Positions 15,582 to 23,870 of a stretch of 29,457 nt of DNA are shown piece after piece. The position numbers and the translations under genes are program-made. The stretch covers positions 1-29,457 of IMG/VR virus record IMGVR_UViG_3300021962_000460; one strand, written 5' to 3'. Origin of the DNA: a virus. Taxonomy: Duplodnaviria > Caudoviricetes. The number at the start of each line of letters is the position of its first letter. The stretch's first letter is position 1. The notes below the pieces were generated by a model. That model was given only the letters and a program-made list of their open reading frames with translations. It searched no databases and was not told the origin of the DNA.

Positions 15582-15864
15582 CATCTTTTCTTCATTTATT
15601 TTCGCAAGGGTTCTCAAGAATGCGTTTTCATCAATGCCCGCTTGCCTGTTGTGAATAAAAAGAAAAAGCTTTGTCTCGACACGTTTTGACCATCTTGCTA
15701 AACTTTCCAAACCAAAAGTAATGATTGAAACGATCCCGCAAAACAGGCAGAGATTCACCGCAGTGAATGAATTTTGGAAGGGTGAATAGCGGGAAAGGGA
15801 ATGGCGCAAAACGAGGGGTGAAGCGAAGCAGCTGCAAGACGATGAACCGGGCGAACAGACGATG

Positions 15865-15975
15865 ACCATGCAACCATGCAACCATGCAACAAGGCAACAA
15901 GGTGACCGCACAAGGTGACCAGACGAACAGATGACCAGGTGACCAGGTGAGTGGACGGGACGACGACGACGACGA
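15865..15975. repeat. Degenerate octamer array plus (GAC)x5
   Basis: ACCATGCA x3 (15865-15888), then ACAAGGCA, ACAAGGTG x2, ACCAGACG, AACAGATG, ACCAGGTG x2; GAC x5 at 15959-15973. Confidence 0.85.
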
Positions 15976-16109
15976 ATGGACATTGGCAAGGGGCGACGGG
16001 GGGTGGACGACCACCCACGGGCGGGTGGGTTTAATATATACCCCTCCCAAATCGCACACACACATTTAAACTCTTGCCTAAGTCACGTACCCAAGGCACA
16101 AGTAAGGAT

Positions 16110-16502
16110 ATGGCAAAGCACAAAGGATTGAGTGAGGTAGAGGAGAGGGAAGTGTTGATGGGGATCAGCAAGTCACTTCCTATCAAGCAAGCGGCTGACT
16201 ATGCGGGGGTGGAATGGGTAAGGTTAGAGGCATTGATGAGGGGGGATGAAGGGTTGTCGATGAAGTTGAATCAGGCACAGGCAAGGGAACAGGCTAGGGT
16301 ATTGGAGTTGATGAAGATGAAGAGTGGGGATGTGAAGGCTTTAGCGTTCTTGTTGGAGAGAGTGTATGGGTTGAGTGCGGTAGAGGCGAAGGAGGTTAAA
16401 GCGTCTAAGGTAGGTGGGAACCAGACATTGACTGTGACACCGGCTGTGTTGAAGGCATTGAGTATGGGAGCGGAGAAGCTGGCAATTATCAAGAGGAACT
16501 AG
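16110..16502 (+). CDS. Putative terminase small subunit
   Basis: Directly upstream of terL. HTH-like IKQAADYAGV and KALAFLLERVYG resemble TerS-type proteins. ATG 16110 preferred over TTG 16074. Confidence 0.7.
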   Translation: MAKHKGLSEVEEREVLMGISKSLPIKQAADYAGVEWVRLEALMRGDEGLSMKLNQAQAREQARVLELMKMKSGDVKALAFLLERVYGLSAVEAKEVKASKVGGNQTLTVTPAVLKALSMGAEKLAIIKRN

Positions 16503-18158
16503 GTGGAAGAGAAGATTCCAGTTGGAGTCCCGAAGCAATGGGATGACATGACGGGGAAAGAGAAGATAGCGGAGCGTGAACGGTTGAGATTAGATTTGAG
16601 GGCTAGACGTGTGGCGCAGATGGGGAGAGCTAGGGCAGTGCGGAATGCGAACCTCAAGGTTGAGATGGACGAGAAAGAGAAGGCGAAGAAGATTGCGGCA
16701 GATGAAGCGAAGAGAGCAAAGAAAGAGGAGAAGAAAGCAGGGGAAGAACTGACGCAACAGTTAGGGGTTGGAGACGGTAAGTTTCAGTTAGAAAACTTCC
16801 CAGAACTATTCCTAGGCTTTGTCCCGTACAAATGGCAGAAAGATGTGTTGGGAGCATTGAACAAGAAAGGGTCTAGGGTTGCTCTCAAGGCAGCGAATGG
16901 GTCAGGTAAAACAAGTATCGTTGCTGCTGCTGCTGTGGTTTGGCATCTCCTACGCTTTCCAGAATCCCTAGTGGTATCTACGGCGGGAGTGTATCGGCAA
17001 GTGGAAGACCAGCTTTGGCCGAGGATTAGGAAGTATGTGACAGGACTAGGCGGAGCAGAGGCAGGATGGGAAGTGTTCTCAAGTGAACTGCGATACACTA
17101 ATGGAGCTAGAGCGATTGGGTTCTCGACGAATGACGCAGGGAAGTTTGAGGGCTGGCACAAGCAAGGGCCGAGCGAGAACTTGCTGATGATTGTTGATGA
17201 AGCTAAGACAGTTCCAGATGCAATCTTTGAAGCTATAGAGAGGTGTCAGCCAAGTAGGTTGCTGATGATGAGCAGCCCCGGCTCAACCTCTGGAGCGTTC
17301 TACAAGGCGTTCACGAAAGAGGCTGCGTTATGGCAGACATTCACAGTCACAGCATTTGATTGTCCGCATCTGAGTAAGGAATGGATTGATCAACAGATTG
17401 AGAAATGGGGGTCAGGTCATCCACTGATTAGGAGCATGATTTATGGCGAGTTCATGGACGGCAGCAACGAAGCCCTCATCATCCAACCGCAGACGTTACA
17501 AAAAGCGTTGTCAAGGTTGCCGGACATTGAATCCGGCGGACGCGCTGCTTTCTGTGATTTTGCAGCAGGCGGTGACGAGAACGTGTTCGCGTTGCGGGTG
17601 GGTAACGACATTAAAGTTCTTACATCATGGCGTGACAGAGATACAGTCTCGGCCATCGGACGCTTCATTGTTGAGTTCAAGAAAGAAAACCTAAAAGCAG
17701 ATGAGATATACGCGGATGCCGGTGGCATGGGCATTCCTATGTGCGATATGCTTAGGGAAGCAGGGTACGATGTTCATAGGGTGAACAACGGAGACAGAGC
17801 CTACAACGACGATCAGTTCGCTAATAGAGGCTCAGAGCTTTGGTTCAATGCAGCAAGACAGATTGAGAAGAATGACATACGCCTGCCGCAAGACGAGCTT
17901 CTGTTCACACAACTTACCACACGCAGAGCTAAGACAAATATCCGAGGCAAACTCATGGCAGAACCGAAGGATGAGATGCGTCAGAGAGGGTTAGGTTCAC
18001 CGGATAGAGCAGATGCAGTTGTCGGAGCTATCTCATGCGGGACAGGCGCAATGAAGCGAGGGTCAGGTGGTCGTTCACTTTTCTCATTGATTAAGGAACA
18101 GACAGATATGGATATGCAGGGAGAGACAGCAGAACTTGCGGGAGCTTGGTGCGGATAG
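16503..18158 (+). CDS. terL: Terminase large subunit
   Basis: PYKWQ adenine-binding motif, Walker A ANGSGKT, Walker B LMIVDEA, motif III SSP, and nuclease motifs CDFAAGGDE, YADAGG and SPDRADA. Confidence 0.95.
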   Translation: MEEKIPVGVPKQWDDMTGKEKIAERERLRLDLRARRVAQMGRARAVRNANLKVEMDEKEKAKKIAADEAKRAKKEEKKAGEELTQQLGVGDGKFQLENFPELFLGFVPYKWQKDVLGALNKKGSRVALKAANGSGKTSIVAAAAVVWHLLRFPESLVVSTAGVYRQVEDQLWPRIRKYVTGLGGAEAGWEVFSSELRYTNGARAIGFSTNDAGKFEGWHKQGPSENLLMIVDEAKTVPDAIFEAIERCQPSRLLMMSSPGSTSGAFYKAFTKEAALWQTFTVTAFDCPHLSKEWIDQQIEKWGSGHPLIRSMIYGEFMDGSNEALIIQPQTLQKALSRLPDIESGGRAAFCDFAAGGDENVFALRVGNDIKVLTSWRDRDTVSAIGRFIVEFKKENLKADEIYADAGGMGIPMCDMLREAGYDVHRVNNGDRAYNDDQFANRGSELWFNAARQIEKNDIRLPQDELLFTQLTTRRAKTNIRGKLMAEPKDEMRQRGLGSPDRADAVVGAISCGTGAMKRGSGGRSLFSLIKEQTDMDMQGETAELAGAWCG

Positions 18159-18301
18159 TTCTTGTCAATCTAAGATTTGAGAGTTACAAGTTCAAAGGAT
18201 TTGTTCCCTGACGGCATAGAGCGGTGGGATGTCCACTGACAGGCTTTTGCGTTGAGAAGCGTTTTGGCCTCATTTGAACACGCAGGGAGCCTTTTAAATT
18301 T

Positions 18302-20329
18302 ATGGCCGATAACGAGAAACGGAACAAGCTGCATAGCGCAATCCTAGAGGATTTGAACAAGCGCACTGCTTGGGAGCAGCGTCAGGTGATGTGGTACGAG
18401 ATGCGGCACAACGGTCTGCGCCGAAAGAATAAGCCGTGGCCTAATGCCGCCGACCTTCACTGGCCTCTCATCGATACCAATATCGAGAAGCTTAAACCGA
18501 TTCTTTTCCAGCAGATTGTCGGCATGGATGTGGTGAGTTCTTTCATTCCAATGCGGCAACAGCTTGCGTCATTCACGACTACTGCGGAGCAATGGTTCGA
18601 CTTTAAGATTAAGGAAAAGACCAACCTCGCCACAGAAGCGTTGTCTTGGATTGATAATGGTTTGGTTGCCGGCAGAGCAGTGATGAAGTGCTTCTGGGAT
18701 GTGGAACGTAAACAGGTTCGATTCGATGCCATCAATCCGATGTTCATCATTGTTCCGAGTTACACCACAGACTTGCAGAGCGCAGATCGCATTGTTCATG
18801 TGATGCCGATGAGTGAGGCTGCATACATTTCTAGTGGCCGATACGATACCAACAAGGAGTTGATTAAGAAGATTAAGGGCAGTGGCGATTCGGAGAGTGG
18901 CACAGATAGCGAGCAGCGTCAGACCAAGCAGACCCGCGAAGGTATCACTCACGATACTGAAGGTGAAAAGATTATCGTGTGGGAAGTGTACGAGCGACAG
19001 GGGATGAAGTGGACTGTTTCAACCTACAGCCCTAACGATCCTGACACAGACTTGCGCGATCCGATGGAGCTTCCGTACGACCACGGCAAGGTTCCGTTTG
19101 CTGACTATTGCTACGAGGTTAAGGACAAGGGTTGGTATTCTCCTCGCGGTGTGTGCGAGATTCTTGCCCCCTACGAGATGAGCTTGTGCAATACTTGGAA
19201 TCATAAGCACGATGCAATGGCGTTGTTTAACAAGCCGATGTTCCGCGCTGAACGTGACATTCCGAACAGCACAAACATTCGGATGATGCCCGGACAGATT
19301 CTCCCTTTCGGTGTTGCCCCAGTCCAATCTCCGCAACCTCCAATCTCTTTTGACCAAGAGATGACCAGCGTTCGCCAAGTGGCAGAGCAACGTATCGGTA
19401 ATCCCGATTACGGTATGGGACAGGTAGTCAACACAACCAATCGCCGTACGGCCACGGAAATCGAGGCCATCAACGCTCAGACTGCCCAGACAGGCGACCT
19501 TCGGGCGCGACTGTTCCGCATCGCGTTAGGCGAACTCTACAAGCAGGCTTGGGGATTGTATCTCCAGTACGACAAGAAAGATTTGCAGTTCCGTTATCTG
19601 CAAGACTCGATGGAGATTGACCCAGAAGCTTTGCACGACGAATACTTCCTTGAACCTAAGGGCGGCATTGATCAGGTGAGCAAACAGTTCCTGATGCAGA
19701 AAGCTGTGCAACGGAAACAAATCTTTGCTCAATCACCTTGGATTGACCAAGCGGAACTCGACAAGTCCATCCTCGAACTGGATGACCCTTCGCTCATTAA
19801 GCGCGTGTTTAAAGATCCGAACGAGAAGATGCAAGACCAGTCCGAGGACGAGATGCGTTCGATACCTGCGATGTTGATTGGTGCGCCTATCCGAGTTAAG
19901 CAAGGCGAAGATTACCAGACACGTCTCGGGGTGCTGATGCAGTATGTGCAGAACGCTGCCAGCACCGGCAAGCAGCTACCAGAAGAAGGTGCTCAACGCA
20001 TCATGGAACGCATCGACGGTCTTCTTAAAGGCTTCGAGCAACTTGACGCGAATGCGGCTCGCAAGATGCGTAAGGAGATTGGCAACTTCTTTAAGGAAAG
20101 CCAGAAGGCTCAAGCGCAGCAGGCTCCACCCCAGCAAGCACCGCCACAGAAACAACTTCAAATTACTCCTGAGATGATTCAGGCCGCAATGGAAAGCGGG
20201 ATGACTCTTGAACAGATTGTTCAGGAAGCTATCAAGGCGGGGATTCCAGTTGAACAACTGATTCAAGCGGCTCTCAAGCTTGGCATCTCTGAGGAGCAGA
20301 TTGCACAGTTCATGCAGCAACAAGGTTAA
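18302..20329 (+). CDS. Portal protein
   Basis: 675 aa between terL and scaffold/capsid genes; PWPNAAD, G.AVMK..WD, RTATEI motifs; Gln-rich tail as in P22/N4-like portals. Confidence 0.85.
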   Translation: MADNEKRNKLHSAILEDLNKRTAWEQRQVMWYEMRHNGLRRKNKPWPNAADLHWPLIDTNIEKLKPILFQQIVGMDVVSSFIPMRQQLASFTTTAEQWFDFKIKEKTNLATEALSWIDNGLVAGRAVMKCFWDVERKQVRFDAINPMFIIVPSYTTDLQSADRIVHVMPMSEAAYISSGRYDTNKELIKKIKGSGDSESGTDSEQRQTKQTREGITHDTEGEKIIVWEVYERQGMKWTVSTYSPNDPDTDLRDPMELPYDHGKVPFADYCYEVKDKGWYSPRGVCEILAPYEMSLCNTWNHKHDAMALFNKPMFRAERDIPNSTNIRMMPGQILPFGVAPVQSPQPPISFDQEMTSVRQVAEQRIGNPDYGMGQVVNTTNRRTATEIEAINAQTAQTGDLRARLFRIALGELYKQAWGLYLQYDKKDLQFRYLQDSMEIDPEALHDEYFLEPKGGIDQVSKQFLMQKAVQRKQIFAQSPWIDQAELDKSILELDDPSLIKRVFKDPNEKMQDQSEDEMRSIPAMLIGAPIRVKQGEDYQTRLGVLMQYVQNAASTGKQLPEEGAQRIMERIDGLLKGFEQLDANAARKMRKEIGNFFKESQKAQAQQAPPQQAPPQKQLQITPEMIQAAMESGMTLEQIVQEAIKAGIPVEQLIQAALKLGISEEQIAQFMQQQG

Positions 20330-20334
20330 ATGAA

Positions 20335-20619
20335 ATGATTCGTCATCTAAAAGCAATGTGGCAGTACTCCAAGTATCAAGCCTGGATAGATTGCCCAGAA
20401 TGGCATAATGAGGATGCGATTGCTCTCAAGCTGTTCCTCAAGAGCAGAGCGGGTGCGCGATTGAAAGCGACGTTATTGAACGGAGTCATCCGCCAGCAAG
20501 CTTCTGCGCTCGTAAGTGAAAATAGCGTTGACAGACAGGTTGGTTATGCTAATGGTTTTCGAGGCTGCGTATCGTTTATCGAATCTCTAACTGAGGTTTC
20601 AGATAGCGAAGCCGAATAA
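20335..20619 (+). CDS. Hypothetical protein (post-portal small protein)
   Basis: 94-aa ORF in the usual position between portal and scaffold. Confidence 0.75.
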   Translation: MIRHLKAMWQYSKYQAWIDCPEWHNEDAIALKLFLKSRAGARLKATLLNGVIRQQASALVSENSVDRQVGYANGFRGCVSFIESLTEVSDSEAE

Positions 20620-20723
20620 TTTCACTAGGTCGAGGTCGGGACTCGACGGCCAAGTGAGTAAAGAGTCCCAAGTTGACGGACGCAGGGTGTGCGACCTGCG
20701 GACGAGATTAGCACATAGTAAAA

Positions 20724-21653
20724 ATGGAAGAACAAGTAGCTCCGACACGGGAATCGCTCTTGGCTGACGCCGAGGCGCACGACGCAACTGGTGAGTTTAG
20801 TGCCGAAAAGGTATCTAAATCAGAAGAGAAAGTCTCGGAGGCATCCGATGACGAACCTTCAAAGCCAGATGCTCAACCTGAGAAGGAGACTGAGAGTTCT
20901 TCTGTCAGTGAAGTAAAAGAAGGTGAGTCGCCAAAGGAATCAAAGCCTAAAAGCAAATGGGCGGCGAACGAAGAGCGTAAGTCAAAGACTTGGAACGAAC
21001 TCAACGCTGATAAAGAGGCGTTGAAAAAGGAGCGCGAAGCATTTAGCTCTGAGCAGTCCCGACTCCGAAGCGAGAGGGATGAGTTCACTAAGGCAAAAGC
21101 GCAGCCTAATTCCGAGTTTCGAGACGAAAAGGGTCACACGGTCAAGGATTACGAGGACGCAGCAAGGCGTTTCGACAACGACGGGGACGATGAGCTTGCT
21201 AAGATGGCTCGGGACAAGGCTGGAAAGCTACAATCCTTAGAGAGTCAAGGCAGGCAGGAGAGAGCAGCGCAGGAGTTCAACCAGAAATGGCTTAACAACT
21301 ACACTAAGCTCGCCGAGAAAGACCCGGACTTGAAGAACGAAGCCAGCGATACCTACAAGCAGGTGATGAACTTGCTTCAAAAGTATCCTCTCTTGACGAA
21401 AGACCCGGATGGTCTCAGTTACGCCTACGAAGCTGTGTCTGTTGGCAGAAAAGGCCGAGGTTACGAGACGGCTCAAGCAGAAAACGCCAAACTCCGCGAG
21501 GAGCTAGGCAAATACCAGAAAAAACTGGCTATCGGTGGCGGTGTTGCGACGGAACAGCCGCAGGGCGAGAAGGCGTTTGACAAGCTCTCACAAGAAGAGC
21601 AACGGAAACGTCTCATGGCCTCTGCGGATGAGTTTGATCGCACCATGCGCTGA
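20724..21653 (+). CDS. Capsid scaffolding protein
   Basis: Highly charged, with an acidic disordered N-terminus and coiled-coil character; immediately upstream of the MCP. Confidence 0.75.
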   Translation: MEEQVAPTRESLLADAEAHDATGEFSAEKVSKSEEKVSEASDDEPSKPDAQPEKETESSSVSEVKEGESPKESKPKSKWAANEERKSKTWNELNADKEALKKEREAFSSEQSRLRSERDEFTKAKAQPNSEFRDEKGHTVKDYEDAARRFDNDGDDELAKMARDKAGKLQSLESQGRQERAAQEFNQKWLNNYTKLAEKDPDLKNEASDTYKQVMNLLQKYPLLTKDPDGLSYAYEAVSVGRKGRGYETAQAENAKLREELGKYQKKLAIGGGVATEQPQGEKAFDKLSQEEQRKRLMASADEFDRTMR

Positions 21654-21681
21654 CGTAGCCTCAACTTGGAGATAAAACATT

Positions 21682-22737
21682 ATGGCAGTCACGACTAGTT
21701 CTACACTCAGCGGTCAGTACCAAGCTTATTTCAGCAAGGAATTGCTCAAGTACGCGACTCAAGCCCTCGTCCTCGACCAGTTCGCTAAGAAAGCTGCGCT
21801 TCCTAAGCAAAATGGCAACAAGAGCATCACGATGTTCCGATTCGGTGTGCCTAGCACCTCCGGTATTGCGGCCTTGACGGAAGGCACTGCGATTACGTCG
21901 GCTAACTATCGCGCCCTCTCGCTCACCAGCATCACGAAGAGCCTCTCCCAGTACGGTCAGGTTATCGGTCTTACCGACATCCTCACTGCGTCTGGCTTGT
22001 TCAACGCGATGGAACAGGCGTCGAAGTCCACCGGCGAAGATGCCGCTCTGCACTTCGATACCATCACCCGCAACATCCTCGTCGGCTCCAACGTCGGCGG
22101 CACTGCGGTTGAAGGCACTCCTCTCGACAACAGCGACACCCTGACCGAGCGTTATGCTAACGGCGCGGCCAGCTACTCGGCCCTCAACAGCGATACGGCC
22201 TCGACCTCGAAGATGAGCGTTGCGGATGTGCTGGATGCGGTCACGAACCTGAAAATCAATCGCGCTCCTGAAATCAGCGGCTCGTATGTTGGCGTTATCG
22301 CTCCTCAAGTGTCCCGCGATCTCCAGCGTGATACCGACTGGCTCGACGCTGCGAAGAACAGCAACCCTTCCGCTCTGTACAAGGGCGAAATTGGTTCTAT
22401 CTACGGTGTGCGTTTCGTCGAAACCACGAACCCGTTCATCAGCGTTGGCTCTGCCACTGCTGCTGACCGCTATGTGTACTCCACCGCTGGCACGAACAAC
22501 CTCGCTGCTGGTGCGGACATCTACACCAGCCTGTTCCTCGGCGGCGATGCGTACGGCGTTCCGATGCTCACTGGTGACAGCCCGATGTCGCCTAAGGTCA
22601 TCATCACGGACTCGGCTGACAAGTCTGATCCGCTCAACCAGACCGTCACTGTGGGCTTTAAGTCCTACTGGACGGCTCTGCGCCTGAACCCGACGTATTA
22701 CATCGTGTTCCGCAGCAAGTCCGGCTACGCGGCCTAA
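21682..22737 (+). CDS. Major capsid protein (N4-gp56-like family)
   Basis: LTEG, QYG....LTD, KGEIGSIYGVRFVET and DKSDPLNQ..TVGFK motifs; GGAG RBS; strongly biased codon usage. Confidence 0.92.
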   Translation: MAVTTSSTLSGQYQAYFSKELLKYATQALVLDQFAKKAALPKQNGNKSITMFRFGVPSTSGIAALTEGTAITSANYRALSLTSITKSLSQYGQVIGLTDILTASGLFNAMEQASKSTGEDAALHFDTITRNILVGSNVGGTAVEGTPLDNSDTLTERYANGAASYSALNSDTASTSKMSVADVLDAVTNLKINRAPEISGSYVGVIAPQVSRDLQRDTDWLDAAKNSNPSALYKGEIGSIYGVRFVETTNPFISVGSATAADRYVYSTAGTNNLAAGADIYTSLFLGGDAYGVPMLTGDSPMSPKVIITDSADKSDPLNQTVTVGFKSYWTALRLNPTYYIVFRSKSGYAA

Positions 22738-22754
22738 TAGCTAGCGAGCTAGTT

Positions 22755-23111
22755 ATGCACGATAAAGGCGTAACAGTAGTTATCGTCACGGGCGGGGCAG
22801 GTAGCCCCGCCCGTATGGGCGGTGACAAAACTTCCAAGAAGAAAGCGTGTCCTTGTATGATTATGATTCCCGTTTCAGCATTGTCTGGCTCCAGCGAAGG
22901 CGGAGAGTCTATGGCTCCAGAAGTCGGTGACAGCATCCAGCTCGAGAACGTCATGGGACGTGTCGATTCCATCAAGGGGAATATGGCTCATGTCGAAATT
23001 CAATCCGTAAATGGACAGGAAGCTGAGTACATGGATAAAGAAGGCGGCGACCGCGAAGAGATGATGGATATGGCGAAGAAGGTTGACGAAGAAGCCGGTT
23101 ACATGGAGTAA
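22755..23111 (+). CDS. Hypothetical acidic protein (paralog 1)
   Basis: IPVSALSG...P.VGDSI.L..V.G.V.SI.G.MA.VEI.SVNG. The start may instead be ATG 22858. Confidence 0.7.
   Translation: MHDKGVTVVIVTGGAGSPARMGGDKTSKKKACPCMIMIPVSALSGSSEGGESMAPEVGDSIQLENVMGRVDSIKGNMAHVEIQSVNGQEAEYMDKEGGDREEMMDMAKKVDEEAGYME
22788..22814 (+). terminator. GC-rich hairpin downstream of MCP (no U tract)
   Basis: ACGGGCGGGGC-AGGTA-GCCCCGCCCGT, perfect 11-bp stem. Confidence 0.55.
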
Positions 23112-23117
23112 TAGCCT

Positions 23118-23366
23118 ATGCCAATCAAGGTACCCGTTTCTGCTCTAGCTGGTTTCGATGAGTCCGGCGAGTCGGGTAGCCCTGCTGCTGGCGATTCATT
23201 CACGCTCAGTGAGGTTGAAGGAATTGTGTCTTCCATCGACGGAGACATGGCTGAGATTGAGATTACTTCTGTGAACGGAGAATCTCTGGTTGATGACGCA
23301 ATGTCTGAGAGAGACGCTCTTCTTAATTCAGCTATGCAGGAAGATGAAGATGCTGCTGCTTATTGA
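23118..23366 (+). CDS. Hypothetical acidic protein (paralog 2)
   Basis: VPVSALAG...P.AGDSF.L..V.G.V.SI.G.MA.IEI.SVNG aligns by eye with the upstream ORF. Confidence 0.75.
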   Translation: MPIKVPVSALAGFDESGESGSPAAGDSFTLSEVEGIVSSIDGDMAEIEITSVNGESLVDDAMSERDALLNSAMQEDEDAAAY

Positions 23367-23369
23367 GCT

Positions 23370-23612
23370 ATGGAAAAGCGATTTACTAAAATAGTTAAAA
23401 ACCCTGAGACGGGTCGGACTAAAACTGTCAAGTACGGTCAGGCTGGTGCAGCAAAAGACGGTGGAGACAGAATCAGGCCGGGGACAGCTAAGGGTGACGC
23501 TTACTGCGCTCGTTCAGCTAAAATCAAGGGCGACTGGAAAAGCGACCCTAACTCTCCAAACAATCTGTCCCGCAAAAAGTGGCATTGCAGCGGAAGCAAA
23601 TCGACAAAATAA
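23370..23612 (+). CDS. Conserved basic phage protein
   Basis: K.VKYGQ.G...PGT.K..AYCARS......DPNSPN..SR.KW.C motif common in aquatic phages. Confidence 0.8.
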   Translation: MEKRFTKIVKNPETGRTKTVKYGQAGAAKDGGDRIRPGTAKGDAYCARSAKIKGDWKSDPNSPNNLSRKKWHCSGSKSTK

Positions 23613-23615
23613 TCT

Positions 23616-23861
23616 ATGCCAATCCGCGAATATGAAATGCCTAATGGCGGGATTGTAGAGATTGTCGAGAGCAGCCAAACCGTTATCCCTAAAGGCTGGA
23701 AGCGTTTGATGAGCATGGGTAGCTTCTCGACCGGCTCGGTGAAGGAACAGGGGATGAGCGAGAAAGTCAAAGAAGGCTACTACAAGCGTGAGTGCGAAAG
23801 TGGTAGCCGGTTCTCCAGTAAATATTCCAAGAAACAAATTAAAACCGCATGGGGCTGGTAA
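23616..23861 (+). CDS. Hypothetical protein, FmdB-like N-terminus
   Basis: MPIREYE...G..VE.. opening resembles FmdB-type ribbons but lacks the cysteines. Confidence 0.6.
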   Translation: MPIREYEMPNGGIVEIVESSQTVIPKGWKRLMSMGSFSTGSVKEQGMSEKVKEGYYKRECESGSRFSSKYSKKQIKTAWGW

Positions 23862-23870
23862 CCTTTTTTT

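Noticed and set aside
7218-15654. Long plus-strand ORFs over the early arm (e.g. 8347..9081, 9310..10020, 9971..10561)
   Set aside because: Antisense shadows of well-supported minus-strand genes, with no motifs.
15510-16061. N-terminal 184 codons of the 386-aa ORF 14901..16061
   Set aside because: Runs through promoter-like and repeat DNA and gives an implausible sequence. The conserved leader marks ATG 15509 as the start.
18162-18190. TTGTCA-N17-TACAAG promoter before the portal
   Set aside because: The -10 lacks the conserved final T; too weak to call.
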